Made by a program: the position numbers and the translations under genes
Source: Cyanophora paradoxa CCMP329
Lineage: Eukaryota > Plantae > Glaucophyta
Direction: 5' to 3'
DNA length: 64,000 nt
NCBI GenBank assembly: GCA_004431415.1
Contig: QPMI01000095.1
Location: forward strand, 62,001-126,000
Shown: in pieces, positions 29,417-43,464 of the stretch
Layout of the letters: the number at the start of each line of letters is the position of its first letter
Numbering within the stretch: the stretch's first letter is position 1
Notes under the pieces: model-generated
Told to the model about the DNA's origin: nothing
Database searches by the model: none
What the model saw: only the letters and a program-made list of their open reading frames with translations

Positions 29417-32400
29417 TCAGCTGCGGGCCGGGGTCCGGACGGTGGCGGAGCCGCTGGCGGCGCCGGCGGCCTCGGAGGGGTCGATGGAGGAGCGGGAGAA
29501 GTGGAGGGCGAGAGCGGGCCCGCCCGGGCTCGTCACCGTCGAGGCCAGGCTCTCCCGGTCCCGCTCGGGGCGGCCCTCCAGGCGCCCGTCCGACGAGAGG
29601 CGCAGGTGCGAGCGCGTGTGCGGCGCAAGGTTCGAGGCCGGCGTGCGCGAGCCGACGCGCCGGCTCAGCTGGATCGTCTCGCTCTCCAGCTGGTCCGCCG
29701 CCCGGATCCCGTCCAGCGACACCTGCGGGGCGGTCAGCGGGAGGCCCGGCCGCTCCTGGGGCGGCAAAAGGGGGCGCGGGCGGGCCTGGGAGAAGGACTT
29801 CTCGAGGAGGGAGTGCATCTCGGCGAGCTCCTGCGCCCCCGGCCGTGAGCGAGGGGCGGTCGGAGAGGGGCGGGGCGGGGCGCGCGTTGTCCTTGGAAAG
29901 GGCGACGCGCTTGAGCTGCTCCTTGCGGCGCTCCTGCTCCTGCAGCTGCCGCTCCTTCTCCTCCAGCCGCCGCCGCAGCTCCTCCAGCCGCGCCGTCTCC
30001 TCCTGCCGCCCCCGCCCCTCAGCTGCCGCGACGGGTGCGGCGAGCGGCGCAGGGGCGCGCCTGGATCTTGCGCTGGTTGCTGTTCGCGACCTCCTCCCAC
30101 TGCTTCTGCTCCCGCTTCCTGCGGCGCGCGGCTCGGCCGGCCGCGGGGAGGGCGCGCGGCGGGCGGCGCACCGCATCTCGGCGTCGCGGCGGGCCGAGTC
30201 GAGCTGCCCCTTCACGTCCGCCAGCTGCGCGCGCCGCCGCCGCGTCGGGCGGCGCGGGCGCTGCGAAGGCGGGCGGGGGCACCTGCTCGGAGAGCTGCTT
30301 CTCGCGCTCGCGGCTCTCGGCCTGGCCCTTGCGGGCGCGCTCGAGCTCGGCCTGGAGCGCCGCCGTCGTCTGGTCGAGGCGGCCCTTGAGGTCCCGCTGC
30401 ACGCTCCGCAGCTCCCCTCCGCCGCCGCCCGCTGCTCGTCCAGCGCCCGCTGCGAGGCCAGGGACCCGCGCCTCAGCCGCGCGGGGCGGGGCCGGCTTGG
30501 GGCGGCGGAGCGGGCCTGGACAGCGGCCTCGCGCTCGCGGAGCTCCGTGTCGTACTGCCGCGAGAGCTCCTCCACCTGCGCCCCGCCCCCGGCCCCGTCA
30601 GCGGCGTCGCCCCGCCCGCCCCGCCCGCCCTCGCCCCCGCCCCGCGCACCTGCGTCCGGAGCGAGGCGAGCTCCGCGCGGTACGGCGCGATCGCCTGCGC
30701 GCCGCGCCCCGGCCTCAGCGGCGGCGGCGGAGGAGGAGGGGCCCGGGGCGGGGCAGGGGGGCGGGCCTCGACGCGGGCGAGCTCGCCAAGGACGCCCGTC
30801 TCCTGCCGCACCCGCTCCACCCGCTCCTCCGCCTGCGCCGGCCCGGCATCGGCGCAGCCCCGAGGGGGGTGCGCACGGGCGCCGGCCGCGGGGCGGGCTC
30901 GCCTCGGCGCGCGTGCTCCGCAGCTGCGTCTGGAGCTCCCCGATCGCGCTCTTCAGCTCCCCGATCTGCGGGGGGTACGCATTCGCTTCGCCTCGCCGGG
31001 GGTACGAGGGCGGCGGCGCGGCTCGCCTGGCGGTTCGCGGACTCGAGCTCGCGCTGCGCGGTCCTCAGGTCCGCCTCCCGCTTCGCCGCCGTGTCCTGCG
31101 GGGGTGCGGGCGCGGCGGATCAGAAAAGGGAGGTGGCCACACAACTCCCGGGGGCGCGCGCCTTGGCGATGTTGACCATGGAGGCGGCGCGGTTCTCGCG
31201 GTCGGCGAGGAACCGCGCGAGCAGCTCGTTCGCGCGCTGCCGCCGCGGCGATCGGCGGCGCGCGGGGCAGGGCGGGGCGGGGCGGGGCGCGCCTGCATGG
31301 CGACCTCGTAGACGTCCTTGGACATGGAGAGGAGGCCCTCCTGCGGGGGGAGGAGGGGTCGGCGGGGCGCAGGAGAGGGGGGCGCTGGGGGGAGGGGGCG
31401 CCTGGACGTCGCGGGGGAGGGCGACGTGCTCGGAGAGGGCCCCCAGGAGGGCCGCGAAGTGCGCCCGCTTCGCCTGCGCCTGCGTCAGAGGGGTACGCAA
31501 ACGCGGCTCGTTGAGGGGGATATGCGCACCTGGAGGCCGCGGACCTGGCCGTCGAGCTGGCGGCGCTCGTTCTCCCAGTCGAGGCGCTCCGCCCGCGCCC
31601 GGTCCACCTCGAGGGTCGCCGCGGAGAGCTTCGCCGCGAGCTGCGCCGCCCGCTCCTCCGCCTCCTGCTGGCTCCGCGACGCCTGCCCCGCCGTGAGAGG
31701 GGGCGGGCGGGCGGGCGCTCCGGGCGGGGCGGCGGGCCTTGCGGAGGCCCTCCATCTCGACGGTCGCGCCCAGCTGCAGCCGCTGCGGATGGACGGGGAG
31801 GAGTCAGCGCAGGGCGGGGGCAGGTTGGCGGGGCGGGGCGGGGGCACGGCGCGCCTGGAGGTCCTCGCGGGTGCGGCGGGCCTGCTCCATCGTCGCCAGG
31901 CGGTCTGCGCGGCGGGGCGGGGCGGGGCGGGCGGGGCGGCCGGCGTCGGCCCCGGGGCGGGGGCGGGGCGGGGGAAGGAGGGGCGGGCCGCACGCTGCTG
32001 GAGGACGTCCTGGAGGGCCCGCGCCGAGTCGTCCGCCACCGTCGCCAGGTCCACCACCACCTGCGCCCCCGTCGCCTTCGTCGGCGCGAGGGGCCGGCCG
32101 GCGGGGCGGGCGCCGGCGGGCGCGCCTTCGAGCGGAGGCCGCGGAGCTGGTCCCGCGTGTGCCCCACCTGCGCCCGCAGCGCCACCAGCTGTCCCCGCGT
32201 CAGGCCTGCGCCCCCGCGAGCGGAGGGGCCGCCCAGCGCACCCGCGAGCGGGTCGACTCGTTGACGGCCGCCGCGCGGTCGCCCCGCTCCGCCGCCGAGT
32301 GCTTCGGAGGGGCGCGGCGTGAGGCGAGAGGGGCGGGGAGCGGAGCGGGGCGGGGCGCACGAGGGCGGCGATCTGGGCCCGAAGAGAGTCGGCCTGCGCG

Positions 32401-35135
32401 GCGCTCAGGCAACCCCGCAGAGCTCTGGTATCGACGGGCGGCGGTACCTCGCCGCGTGCAGAGGCGACCTGGAGGCGAAGAGAGTCCGCCTCGCCCCGGG
32501 CCGCAGCCTCCGCCGCCGCCGCCGCCCGGTGCGCCTCCTTCACCTGCGGCGCGCGGTGAGGAGACGGGGGGGCGGCAAGGGGGACGGGGAGGGGCAGACC
32601 TTCTGGAGGGCGTCGGCGAGGCGCCCGTTGACCTCGCCGAGCTCCCCGCAGCGCGCCGAGAGCTCCTCGTTCCTGCCGCCGCCTCGGGCCGGCGCCTCGG
32701 GGTCGGGGGGTGGGGGGAGCAGGGAGGGGTACCGGGCGGCGAGCTCCTCGTTGCGGGAGGCGAGGCGGTCGGCGGCGGCGCGGCTCTCCTCCACCTCCGC
32801 CTGCGCCGCTTCAGGCGGAGAAGGAAGTGGAGAAGAGGAGGGCGCGGGCCTGGAAGGACTTGCGGCGGGACTGCTCCTCCTCCGCCATGCGCCTCAGGCG
32901 GGCGAGGTTCGAGCCGCCCTCCTGCCCCGGCCCCTCCCCGTCAGCGGGGGAACGAGGGGCGGGGCTCTGCGCGCGGGGGGCTCGCCTCGATGTGGGCGGC
33001 CATGAGGCGCTTGGCGCGGTCGAGGTCGTCGAGACGGGCCTGGAGCTCCTGCCGGCTCCGCCGCTCCTCCGCCAGCAGCGCCTCCGCCCGCCGCTTGCCC
33101 GCCGCCTCCTCCTCGAGCCGCTCCGCCGCCTTCTGCAGCTCGCCCAGCGCCCGGCGCTCCTCGGCGAGGGCCGCCTCGGCCTTGCGGCGGGCGGCCGCCT
33201 CGGCGTCGGCGCGCTCCTCGGCGGCGCGGCCCCGCGCCCGCTCCTCGCCCAGCGCCGTCGCCAGCTCCGACTCCTTCGTCGCCTGCCCGCCCCGTCTGGG
33301 CGAGAGCGGGCGGGGGCCTGGGCGGGCGGGGCGGCGTGGGCCTGACCTTGGAGAGGAGGGCGGACTCGACCTCGCGGGCGCGGGCCTCGTAGCTGGAGCG
33401 CAGCTGCCGCTCCGTCTCCACGATGCTCTCCGTCGCCTGCTTCTCGACGTCGAAGCGGAGGCCGGCGAGGATCTGCGAGAGCCGCGCCAGCTCGTTCTCC
33501 AGGTCGCTGATCCGCCCCTTGTACGCCCGCTGCCCCGCCTGTCAGCCCCGGCGCGAAGCACGCGGCGCGCCGGGGCGGGGCGGGGCGCGCCTGCTCGGTC
33601 TCCTTCGTGGAGAGCTCGGCCTGCAGCCGCGCCCGGTACCGCTCCTGCCGCCCGGGGGAGGCTCCGATCAGCCTCGCCCTCCCCCCCTCCCTCCCGCTCG
33701 CCCCCCCGCGCACCAGCTTGCCCTGCATGGAGGCGTTCTGCTCCTGGAGCTCCCCCGCCGCCCGCGCCTTCGCCTCCGCCTTCGCCTCCAGCTCCGCCAC
33801 CTGCCACGGCGTCAGGCCCCCGCGCCCCGCCCCGCCCCGCCCCGCGCCCCGCCCCGCCGGCACCTGGCGCTTCATCTTGGCGGCCTCCTTCTCCTCCGAG
33901 GCGAGCCGCGACTTGAGGTCCTTCACCTGCGCCCCGCCGGCCTCAGGCGGGCGCCCGCGGGGCCGCCCGGGCGGGGCGGGGCGGGCCTTGCGCTGGAGGG
34001 ACATGACGCTCTCCGCGTTCTCCCGCTCCTCCGTCCGCAGCACCGCCTCCACCTGCCGCGGCGCGAGGGACGCTCAGCCCGGCGCCCCGCCCCGGAGCGC
34101 CCCCCCGGCCGCCGCCGCCGCCGGCGGACCTTCTCGCCGAGGGCGAGGTACTTGGCGCGGAGCTCGAGGCGCTCCTTCTCGGACTTGGCGAGGGTCGCCG
34201 AGGCGGCCTCCAGCTCCGCCGCCAGCTTCTTCGCCTTCCTCTTCTGCTCCGCCGCGTACGCCTGCAGCCGCTCCGCCCCCGCCGCCGCCTGCTTGCCCCG
34301 CTCCACCTCCTCCTCCAGCCGCTGCTTCAGCGCGTTCGCCTCCCGCTGCAGCCGCGCCGTCGTCTCGCTCGCTGCCGCCCCGCGCCGCGCCGCCCCGTTC
34401 GGCCGCGCGGCGCACGGGGGCGGCCGGGGCGCAGAGGGGGGGACGCACCGTTCGCGTCCTTGGCCATCGTCTCGCGGACGAGGTCCAGGGCGCGCCGGAG
34501 CTCCGACTCGACGCGCTCCTTGTTCGCCCCGTCCACCTGCCGACCCGCCTCGTCCCGGGCCCCGTAGCGGGGCGCGTGGCGGGCGGACCTCGACCTGCCT
34601 CCGCAGCGCGACGAGCGTCCGCTCGAACTCGTTGCGCTCTTCCAGGATCCGATCTGCCGGCGCGGGTCGGCACGGGAGCCCCCGCGCGCCGCGGGCGGGA
34701 TGCCGCGCACGCTGGTTCCGGGCGTAGGCGTCGTAGCGCACGCGGATCTCGTTCAGCTCCGCGTCCTTCGCCTGGTTGTCTGCCTCCAGCTCCCGGATCC
34801 TCGCCTCCCGCTCTGCGGGGCGGTCAGGCCCGCCCTTGCGGTGCCAGCGGCGCGGAGATTCACCGGAGAGCATCACGTCCTCGATGATCTCCCGGACGCG
34901 CGCCTGCGGGGCGGGGTCTGCGTCAGCGGCGTTGCAAGAGCGGTCCGACGCGGCGCACGTCGGCGTGCTCCGCCGACGCAGGATCGCTCCTCAGTGCCCG
35001 CAGAACCTCATCTGCTTCCACGGCAGCATACGCCGCTCGATAGCGCTGCGTGGTTGGAGGTTCAGGCGGACATCACGCCGGGGCGCCCGGGGAGCGCGGG
35101 CCGCTCACGTCGTTGTAAGTTGAGCTTCGGTTCAT
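29417..35135 (-). CDS. Long multi-exon coiled-coil protein of unknown identity
   Basis: Many short exons rich in E/A/R/K/L heptads (e.g. EREARIRELEADNQAKDAELNEIR, LQREANALKQRLEEEVER) separated by short C-rich introns. Start MNRSSTYND at 35135. Confidence 0.75.
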
Positions 35136-35484
35136 CGCTGCGCCTTCGGGTCGTCTCTCCGGCGCGCGGGTGCCCGGGCGGCTCCAACTAGCTAACTCGC
35201 TAGCTGCCGACCGCCGCTCGGCCTGCTTTCAAACTATGTTGCTCCGACGGTCGTAGCGGAGCTCGCGGGTGAGCTGTTGGTCCGCCCGACGTGCGCTGCT
35301 TCGGCTCGGCAACACGGTCGATTTGCCGGGTACGCGACTTTCCGCTCAAACATTGAACCCGGTCTTCCGTCCTCGTCGGCGCCTGTCCTTAAGCAAAGCC
35401 CGTCAGTTCGTCTCTAGCAACAGGAGAGATCCAGCCGGCGGCGACCGGAGCTCTTCGAGCGGCCGTTCGAATAGTAGCTCCGGC

Positions 35485-36588
35485 ATGGCAGCGCAAGCCG
35501 ACAACAGGCTGGCGCAGGCGGCCCAGATCCTCATTGCGAGGAGGGTGATACCGGAGCACGAGATGGAGGAGTACGCGCGCGAGTTTGGCGACGGCAACGC
35601 CGATTCCTTTGCCGCAACAATGCGCGAGCGGCTGCGCCTCTTCAAGATCTCCGTCGAGCGCATCCGATGCGAAGCTACCGGGGTTCGCTGCCGCGGTTGC
35701 GCTTTCCCGCGCTGCGCCGCGGTTGACCGCTTCCCGGCAGGCGATAGTCTACGGCGTCGTCAACACCGTCGGGGACAAGATTGCGCAGCTCTGGACGGAC
35801 ATGACGGAGCTGCAAATCGCTTACATGAACCGCATCGTGCGCTTCCGCTCGCCTGCTGCCCGGCCGCGCCGCTTTCGTCTCAAGTGAACGTGCTCGCAGG
35901 TCGAGAAGATCCTCGAGCAGGGCGGCGAGCTCGAACACAGCGACGTGCTCGGCGAGCTCCGAGTGAATCTCGTGCCCGCGGCAGCGCCGGCCCCGGAGGG
36001 CAGCCAGGAGGGCGCCTCGAGCTCGCAGCCGGTGGCCGGCAGCTCCAAGGGCGCGCAGCTGGCGCCCTCGGAAGCCGAGCGCACGCTGGACAGCCTCATC
36101 GACAAGCAATGGCTCACGAAGGTGGGCCGAGCGCGCTTCGCCCGCCCCGCCCGGCGCCGCTCAGGCGGGGCGGCGCAGTACGTGCGGGACGGGCGGACGA
36201 AGGTGACGCTGGGGGACCGCTCTCGGCTCGAGCTGACGGACCTAATCGAGGCGGCGAAGCCGAACCTGCCGCCCTGCGCCCTCTGCAAGGCCCCCGCCTT
36301 CCGCTTCGTCCAGGTCCGCCCGGATCAAATTCCCTCGAGCGCGGGCGCCGCCTCTGACCGCGCCGCGCGGCGCCACAGTGCCCCGGCGAGGAGTGCGAGG
36401 GCGGCAGGGCGCACGAGGGGTGCCTGCGGCAGCTGCCCCCCGGGCGGCCCGGGAAATGCTCCTGCGGGGCCGAGTTCCCCCCCGTCGAGGGCGCCGCCGG
36501 CGGCAGCGGCAGCGGCAGCGGCGGCGGCGGCGGGTCGAGCTCCGGATCCAGGGCCGGCGGGTCGGGGCCCTCCCGTCGAAAGCGGTAG
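35485..36588 (+). CDS. NSE1: SMC5/6 complex subunit NSE1
   Basis: YGVVNTVGDKIAQL, EAERTLDSLIDKQWL, LGDRSRLEL, and a RING-like CALCK...CPGEEC...HEGC...CSCG; four introns. Confidence 0.85.
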
Positions 36589-37000
36589 CTGCACTGCCGC
36601 AGGCGGCATCGATCCATGCCCGCTCGCCCGGGCCGGGCGGCGAGATTTAGGCAATGCAGGCTTTCGTTCTTCTTTGAATTTCCAACCAGACACTCTCTCA
36701 ATGAAGATTACCTATCGCTCGCACCTGCTCTAGAACATCATAATGCCAATAAAATAAGATCCGCAAGCCTTGAAGGCACAATATGCGCGGCACTAGCGAT
36801 ATACGATCCAACTGCAAGGATCCATGATCCGGATCGATATCCCGCAGGCGCTCCGGATGCGCTCCGGAGGGGTAAACTACGACTGGGACTACCGTAGAAC
36901 AGCAACTGAAGAGGACCAAAGCACTAATTCTAATCGTAAAGGAAAGAAAAAAGAGATCACAAGCGCGGGACGAACCAGGGAAGAGGAGAGCGCTGGGCGG

Positions 37001-39007
37001 CTAGGGCGCGGCGGGCTGGGCGGGCTTGACGGCGCGGGCGGCGGCGCGGGAGGCGGCGAGGCCGGGGTAGACCATGACGAAGAGGACGCAGAAGAGGCCG
37101 ACGGCGGAGGCGCCGAGGGCGGAGCCGGCGGCGCCCATCGTCCACGCCTCGTCCAGCCGCTCCCGCGAGAGGCCGGCCCCCGCGAGGGCCGAGCCCAGCG
37201 ACGAGGCGCCCGCGCCCGCCGCCGCGAGGTTGGCCCCCGACGCGGCGGCCTCGGAGGAGGAGGAGGAGGGGGAAGCGGCGGCGGAGGAGGCGGAGGCGGA
37301 GGAGGCGCGGGGCGGGGCGACGAAGACGAGGGGGCTCGCCCCGAACAGCGCCCCCACGGAAACGACCGCGTAGAGGGTCGAGCCCGGGGCCGCCGCCGCG
37401 GGCACGGCGAAGGAGGCCGAGGCGGCCCCCGCCGGCGGGGCGAGCGTGGCGAGCGGCGCCGCCTCCGCCCCCGCGTACACCTCCACACGCACCGACGCCG
37501 CCTGCGCGCCGGGCGGACGGAGGCCGTCAGCGGCAGGCGGGTGCATGGCGGGAGGGGGCGGGCGGACCGGGGAGGGGACGGCGGCGAGGGCCCAGTGGAG
37601 AGGGCAGGCGTCCCCCGCGGCGCACGTGCCCGGGGCGCTGACGGCGACGTCCGAGAAGGAGGCCCGCACGGGCGCCAGCCCCGCCGCCCCCGCCCCCGCC
37701 GCCGCCGGCGCCGCCGGGAAGCGCGAGTTCCAGCACTCCGAGACCTGGGGTGCGGGGTGGGCCGAGGGGGTGCGCGAGCGGCGGAGGAGGGGCGCGGGGC
37801 TACCGCGTAGGAGAGGGCGCCGTCGGAGGCGCGGGAGTAGAGGAGGAAGGGGCCGGAGGGCTTCGCGGCCCGCAGCGTCGCCCGCAGGTCGAAGGGCGTG
37901 CCGGGGTGCAGCAGCACGCTCTGCCGGCGCAGGCGGCGCTGAGGCGGAGCGCGAGGGGCGCGCGGGTCGGGGCGGGCCGAGTACCGGTTGCGTTGGGGGG
38001 ATGTTGGCCGCGAGGGTCATGCCTGCACGCGGCGCTGAGGGAGGGGGTGCCGGATACGAACAGAAGAGCCCCGTACCCTTGTACGAGACCCAAGAGGTGC
38101 CCGTGCTCTGGATGTGGAAGGGCGTGGGGACGGCGAGGGACACGTTCACCCGCTCGGGGGCCACGGCGATCGAGAGCTGGGGCGAGGCTGCGGGGGCACG
38201 CGCGCACGTCGGCGGGGTACCGGAAACTGCGGGGGCGTGCGGGCGCACGATCGGCGGCCATGATAAGGAACTCGTCGGAGGAGCGGAGGTGGCCCCACGT
38301 GCCGCCGGCCGCGCTCCAGCTCGCGTTCGTCGTGAGGAGCTCGTGCCTGCACCGCGGGCGGCTCGCGCGCCGGATCGAATGTGCGGGATTCGAACGTTAG
38401 CGGGCGCACCACACGGCGATGAGGCAGTAGCTGCCGTCGGTGGCGGTGGAGGGGACCTGCCGCCGAACGCGCGCGCACGCGCGCGTGAGCGGCCGCAGCG
38501 CGCGCCCGCCCGCCGGCCCCCGCACCGTGAACTTGGCAGCGTTGGCAGTCGAGGGATTGTTTGCAGAGACGACCGTCCCAAGCGCCGAGAGCCCCGCGGG
38601 CGTCGCCTGCTCCGGCCACGGGCCGCGGCCGGGCGGGCTCGCGCTCAGCCGGGCCGGGTGCGGCGGGGCGGTAGGGGCGGCAAACGCGTACGATGGAGGA
38701 GAACGCGACGGTGAGCTGTGAGTCGAGAGGTGGGGGCGTCTTGGCGAGGATGAAGGTCACGAAGGCTTCGTGGCTGTCGCCGTAAGCAATCGGCACGTCC
38801 GCCTGGCCCGGCTTCAGCACCGCGCCGCACGCCGGCTTCGATATGGTGAGACCGTGTCCTGCAGAATGGAGCGATCGGGCCTGGGAGTCAGCTGCAGGCG
38901 GCGGCCGAGCGCGGCTCGGAGCATGCGCGTTCTGGGCCCGAACCAAAGGCGACCGCCAGCAGCACCGCCGCGACGGCGGCGCGCAGAGACGACCCAAGGT
39001 GATACAT
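37001..39007 (-). CDS. Secreted/type I membrane protein of unknown function
   Basis: Signal-peptide-like MYHLGSSLRAAVAAVLLAVAF and C-terminal TM ALGASAVGLFCVLFVMVY; multi-exon. Confidence 0.6.
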
Positions 39008-39569
39008 CGCCGCGGAAATCGCGCGCCCCACGTGCGCCGACGGCCAGCTGGCGGCGCGTCAATCATGGCCGGCCGCGGGGCGACAGGCCGGCGGCTGCGA
39101 ACCTGGTTAAGCTGACGGCGACGGAGCGTGACTCTCTCGGCGAAGGGCAGGCCGAGCTCGAGCGCTAGCTACGCCTGCGCCTTCTTGCGGTGGCCGGTAC
39201 CCCGGGCCCACGGCCGCGGCTTTCGGCGTAGTCGTTAGTGTTCGAATTCGGCCACCCGGGCCGGGCCGGGCGTTTCAGCGCTAGCGCTACGGGTTGCGGT
39301 CGCCTGGCGCCGGCCGGGCTGGCCGCGGCCCGCGGCGCCCGCGGCCATCGATATCAGCTTCCGCTAAGCATGCATGCGCATCATGGCATGATCGATCATA
39401 TGCATGCATGCGCATGATCATGATCAGCCGGCGCCACTGATATCGACCAGCTGCAGAATCCGAATTGAATTGCAAGGCCTAGGCTCGCGCGCAGCTCCGG
39501 CGCATGCGCAGGCCCGGCATGCGCATGCACAGCATTGCACACGTTGATCATCAGCCGCGGCCATCAGCG

Positions 39570-42500
39570 TCACGGGGCGTGCCCGAGCTCGCGGAGGCGG
39601 GCCTCGAGGCGCCCCCGCTCCTCCGCCGCCTCGAAGTACGCCCGCTTCACGTTCTCGTACTTCTCCAGCGGGACCTGCGCGCGGGACGCCGCGGGCAGTC
39701 GCCATCGAGCTCGCAGGCCGCATGCGCAGGCCTAGAGGCTAGAGGCTCGCGCGCACCATTTCCTGCTCCTGTTGCATGGCGTTCGAAGCCGCCTGGATTC
39801 GCTTCAGAGTGAGGCGGTGCGAGGGCGAGGAGAGTATTTGTTTGAACTTTCCGCTCGGCGCACCTGCGCTCTCAGGGCGTCCGCCCGCTGGCGCGCGGCC
39901 TCCTCCTCCCGGCGCGCAGCCGCGGCCTCCTGCTCCGCCTGCCGGCAGCGACGGCTTACAATCAGATTCCGCGATACGCGCGCGGGCGCGCGGATGCTGG
40001 ATCAGATGTGGAGGGCTCACGCGGGCGGCGGCGGCGCGGGCCTCCTGAAGCCTCTCCGCCAGCTCGGCCGCCAGCGCCACCGCCTCCACCAGCGTCCGCG
40101 CCTCCCACGGCCACCGCTCCCCCTCGACCGCCTCCAGCTGCCCCCGCGCCCGCGGTCAGCGGCCGCGGCGTCGTTCGTGGTCGAGCTAGATCGAGACGGC
40201 GATCGCACCTCCGCCTGCAGCGGCGCGGTCGCGGACGCAGGCGGCTCGCGATCGGCAGCCAGCCTGCTCGCAATAGGAATCCGAATCAGAGACCGACGGT
40301 ATCGACGGATTGGGGATTAGTAATATTTGCGTTGAAAACGCGCACGGGGCGGACGGAGCTCCTGGCTCCGCGAGCAGCGCCCTGGCCTTGCCGAGAACGG
40401 CCAGCAGGGTCTCCTGCAGCTCCCGCCTCTGCGACGGCGCCGACGCCGACGGCTGCGCGCCTGAGCTCGCGCCGGCCGCCTCGAACTCTGGAAGGGGGCT
40501 GACGGCGCGGGGCGGCTCGTCCCACGGCTGTGCCCCCTGGCCCATGGCCAATGGCGAGAGGACGGGCTCGACCTCGACCGGGCAAGTCGCGCTCGCCTCG
40601 GGCAGCAGCAGCGGCGACCCCAGCGGGGATACCGGTGCCGCCGCTGCCTCCCGCGCTGGCGAGGAAGCGCCGCGGTCGGGGGTCACAGGGCTCGAGACGC
40701 GCGGAACTGGCCCGCAGCCAGGGCTGCCGGCCCCGCTCTGGGTCTGCGGGACACGCACACCCCGGCTCCTACTGCGGCTGTGGCTGCGGCTGCGGCTGCG
40801 CCGGGAGCGCTTGCGATCGCGGCTCGAGCTGCGGCTGCGCGTGCGGCCGGCAGCGCGGCCGGAGGCGCGGCTTCGGCTCCGGCTGCGGCGCCTGCTGCGC
40901 CTCCGCCGCACCGGAGGCGTGCGCGCGGTCTCCTCCTCGCCCCGAAGAACTCCTCCGCGTCGTCGCGGGCTCTGGCTGCGGCGGCGGCTAGCGCTGGGCC
41001 CTCGGCTGGCCGGTTCAGGAGATCTCGCTGCTCTGGCTCGAGCTCGCTCGGGCGGGCTGGGCCTCCGCCCAGGCGCCGGGCTCGGGCTCGGGCTCGCGAC
41101 CGGGCCGACGTTGCCGCCCGCGGCATCCGAGCTCCGCTCGCCGGCCGCGGCCCCGGCCCCGGCCCCGACCGGCGGCGCCGCAGCGAAAAGCCACCTCGGC
41201 CCCTCCGCCGCCAGCCTCCTCCACCTGCGAATGGAGGCGTGAGGGAAGGGCGCTGGGGCTAGGGGCGCGGCGAGCGGAGGCGCGCACTCTGCTTCGATCT
41301 CGTCCATGCCGGCGTGCTCCTCTAGCTCGAACCACGGGTCCCTCTGCAAGCGCCGCGCGCGCGCAGCCGTTGCTCAGCTGTGCCAGCGTCTCTGAGGCGC
41401 AGCCAGGAGAGGCGCGGGCGAACCGTCCTGTTGTACTCGGCCGCGTCTCCGGTGCAGAGGCCCAGAGGGCCGTCGATGACAAGGGCCCCCTCCTGGAACG
41501 CAAGCGGAATGTCAGCGGCCCATATGCGCGGGCCGCGCGGGCGCGGTGGGCAAAGGCGGAGCGAGAAACCGGGAGAGCTCGCCTGGATGAGCCGCGCCGC
41601 GTCCTCTGGCCTCCGGAACAGGACGACGGCCGCCCAGGCGCCCTGGATGCGGAGCCACTGCATCGCCTCCACGCGGCCGTACCTGCCGCCCCGCGCGCCC
41701 GCCGGCGCCGCGCTGAGAAGACGAGGCGCGCGGGGGCTCGAGGCGGGGCGCAGGGGGCGCACCGCCTGGAGGCGAGGGCGACGTCGCGGCGCGAGGGCTC
41801 CCACTCCGCTCGCGAGTGCGCCATAAGCCAGACCGACCTCTCGCGGACGCTGGCCGTGGCCCCGCCCTCGACCTCGACGAGGCCGGGCGACTCCGCGGGG
41901 GGCGGCGGGCTCGGGAGCGCGGCGGCGGCCTCGCTCGTCGCTGCAGCCGCCGAGGTGGATCCGGGGGCCAGGGCCTGGGGCTGGAAGTAGAGCTGGGGCG
42001 AAGAGGGCCGGGTCCCCGGCAATCAGGCGCGGCTCGAACCCGCGATGGCTTGGAGGGCGCGGCGGGGTGCACTCGCCTGGCAGTTCTTGGGCGCCATGCG
42101 CGCCTTCGCAGCATACGTCGCCGCTCCGATCTGGAAGCGGACCGTGTTGTCCCTGGCCACCCTGCGCGGGGCCGATCAGCGGCCCAGGCCTCGGGGCCGG
42201 GCCGGGGTCGAGGGGCGCGGCGCGCCGGCCCTCGCACCAGGGGCGGCGCATGAGGACCTTCGCGTACGACCCGCACTCGGCCAGCTGCAAGCCCTCCACG
42301 TCGCCGATGCTGCCCGCCCCGTGCCCCTCGCAGGGTCATTCTCTGCCGCGGCGTGGGGCGGGGCGGGGCGGGGCGGGGCGGGGCGGGGCGGGGCGGGCGG
42401 GCACCCGGCGCGGGCGAGGGCGTCGAGCAGCTCGCGGTCGGTGAAGAGGCCGCGGGGCCAGGAGCCGAGCCAGAGGAGGCGCTCCCGCAGGCTCGCCCCG

Positions 42501-42912
42501 CCTCCTCCGCCACCTCCCCGGCCTCCAGCTCGCCCCCGTCCCCGCCTCCGGTACCGGAGTCCGCCGCTGCGGGCGAGGTCCTCCGCGATGGCGCCGGCGC
42601 CCACCGCGGCGCCGGGGTCGCTGGTGCGCCATGGCCAGCTGGGCTCGAGCTCCCGTCCCGCGGCGGCGTCGGCGTCGGCGCCGGCGGCGCCTGCGCGCGG
42701 GGCGGCGCCGGCCGTTGCGTCACTCCATCGGCAACAGCGCCCACGATGGGAGAACGGGAGCGGGGGAATTCGATTGCGAAATCGGCGAACCTCGAGTTCT
42801 CCCGCCGGCAGCGCGTCCACGTCCATGGCCATGGCGTGACCGCGCTTACGTGCACGTCGACGTCATCGGAGGCAGACAGCTCACTCTGCGCAACGTTCCG
42901 GGCCTGGGACAT
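39570..42912 (-). CDS. Putative RNA-binding protein with degenerate RRM-like segments, an RS-rich tract and a C-terminal coiled coil (may be two genes)
   Basis: RYGRVEAMQWLRIQGAWAAVVLFRRPEDAARLI (RRM-like), RSRSRSHSRSRSR tract near 40770-40910, and coiled-coil exons at 39570-40110. Confidence 0.45.
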
Positions 42913-43464
42913 GTTAGATGTGCGCGCGGGCTCGCCGCGCCGGCGGCGCGGCCGGCCGCGGGGACAGCGGACTCACCTAGCTCCCGCTACAGCAGCCGCG
43001 CCGCCGGGCAGGCGGAAGATAGCGCTGTAAATACGCGTAAGTATCACGAATGCATCGCTGAAACGTCGGGGTGGGCGGCGCACGCAGACACGCGTACGGA
43101 GGCCTAGGCTGGACCGATGCGCGCCCTCGCGCTCGCTCGGCGGATGGAATTTTCATACTCGCTCAGGTAACATCAGTCGGCGCATCTCCCTGTCGACAGG
43201 TCAGCGTGACCGCAACAAAGAGTACGCCAAGCGAATGCTGGTGTGGCCGCGCTGATCGAGGCAGCGTTCGTGCGGCGACGCGTACGCGCACCTCCGACGA
43301 TAACAGACGTGGAATCGCTTCGAGGCGGTTGAGGGGGCGAGGGCGAGCCCCGACTCGCTCGTACCCCCGCCTTTGAACTTGCCCGTACCCCAGCATGACA
43401 GCCGGGGTATCGATTGATATCGCCCGATCAAGCAGCAGCAAAACTCACTCGTACAAGCAGCAGG

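Noticed and set aside
29350-34887. Very long + strand ORFs (653, 553, 725 aa and others)
   Set aside because: Antisense shadows of a GC-rich, intron-rich minus-strand coiled-coil gene; the composition is R/G/P/A noise.
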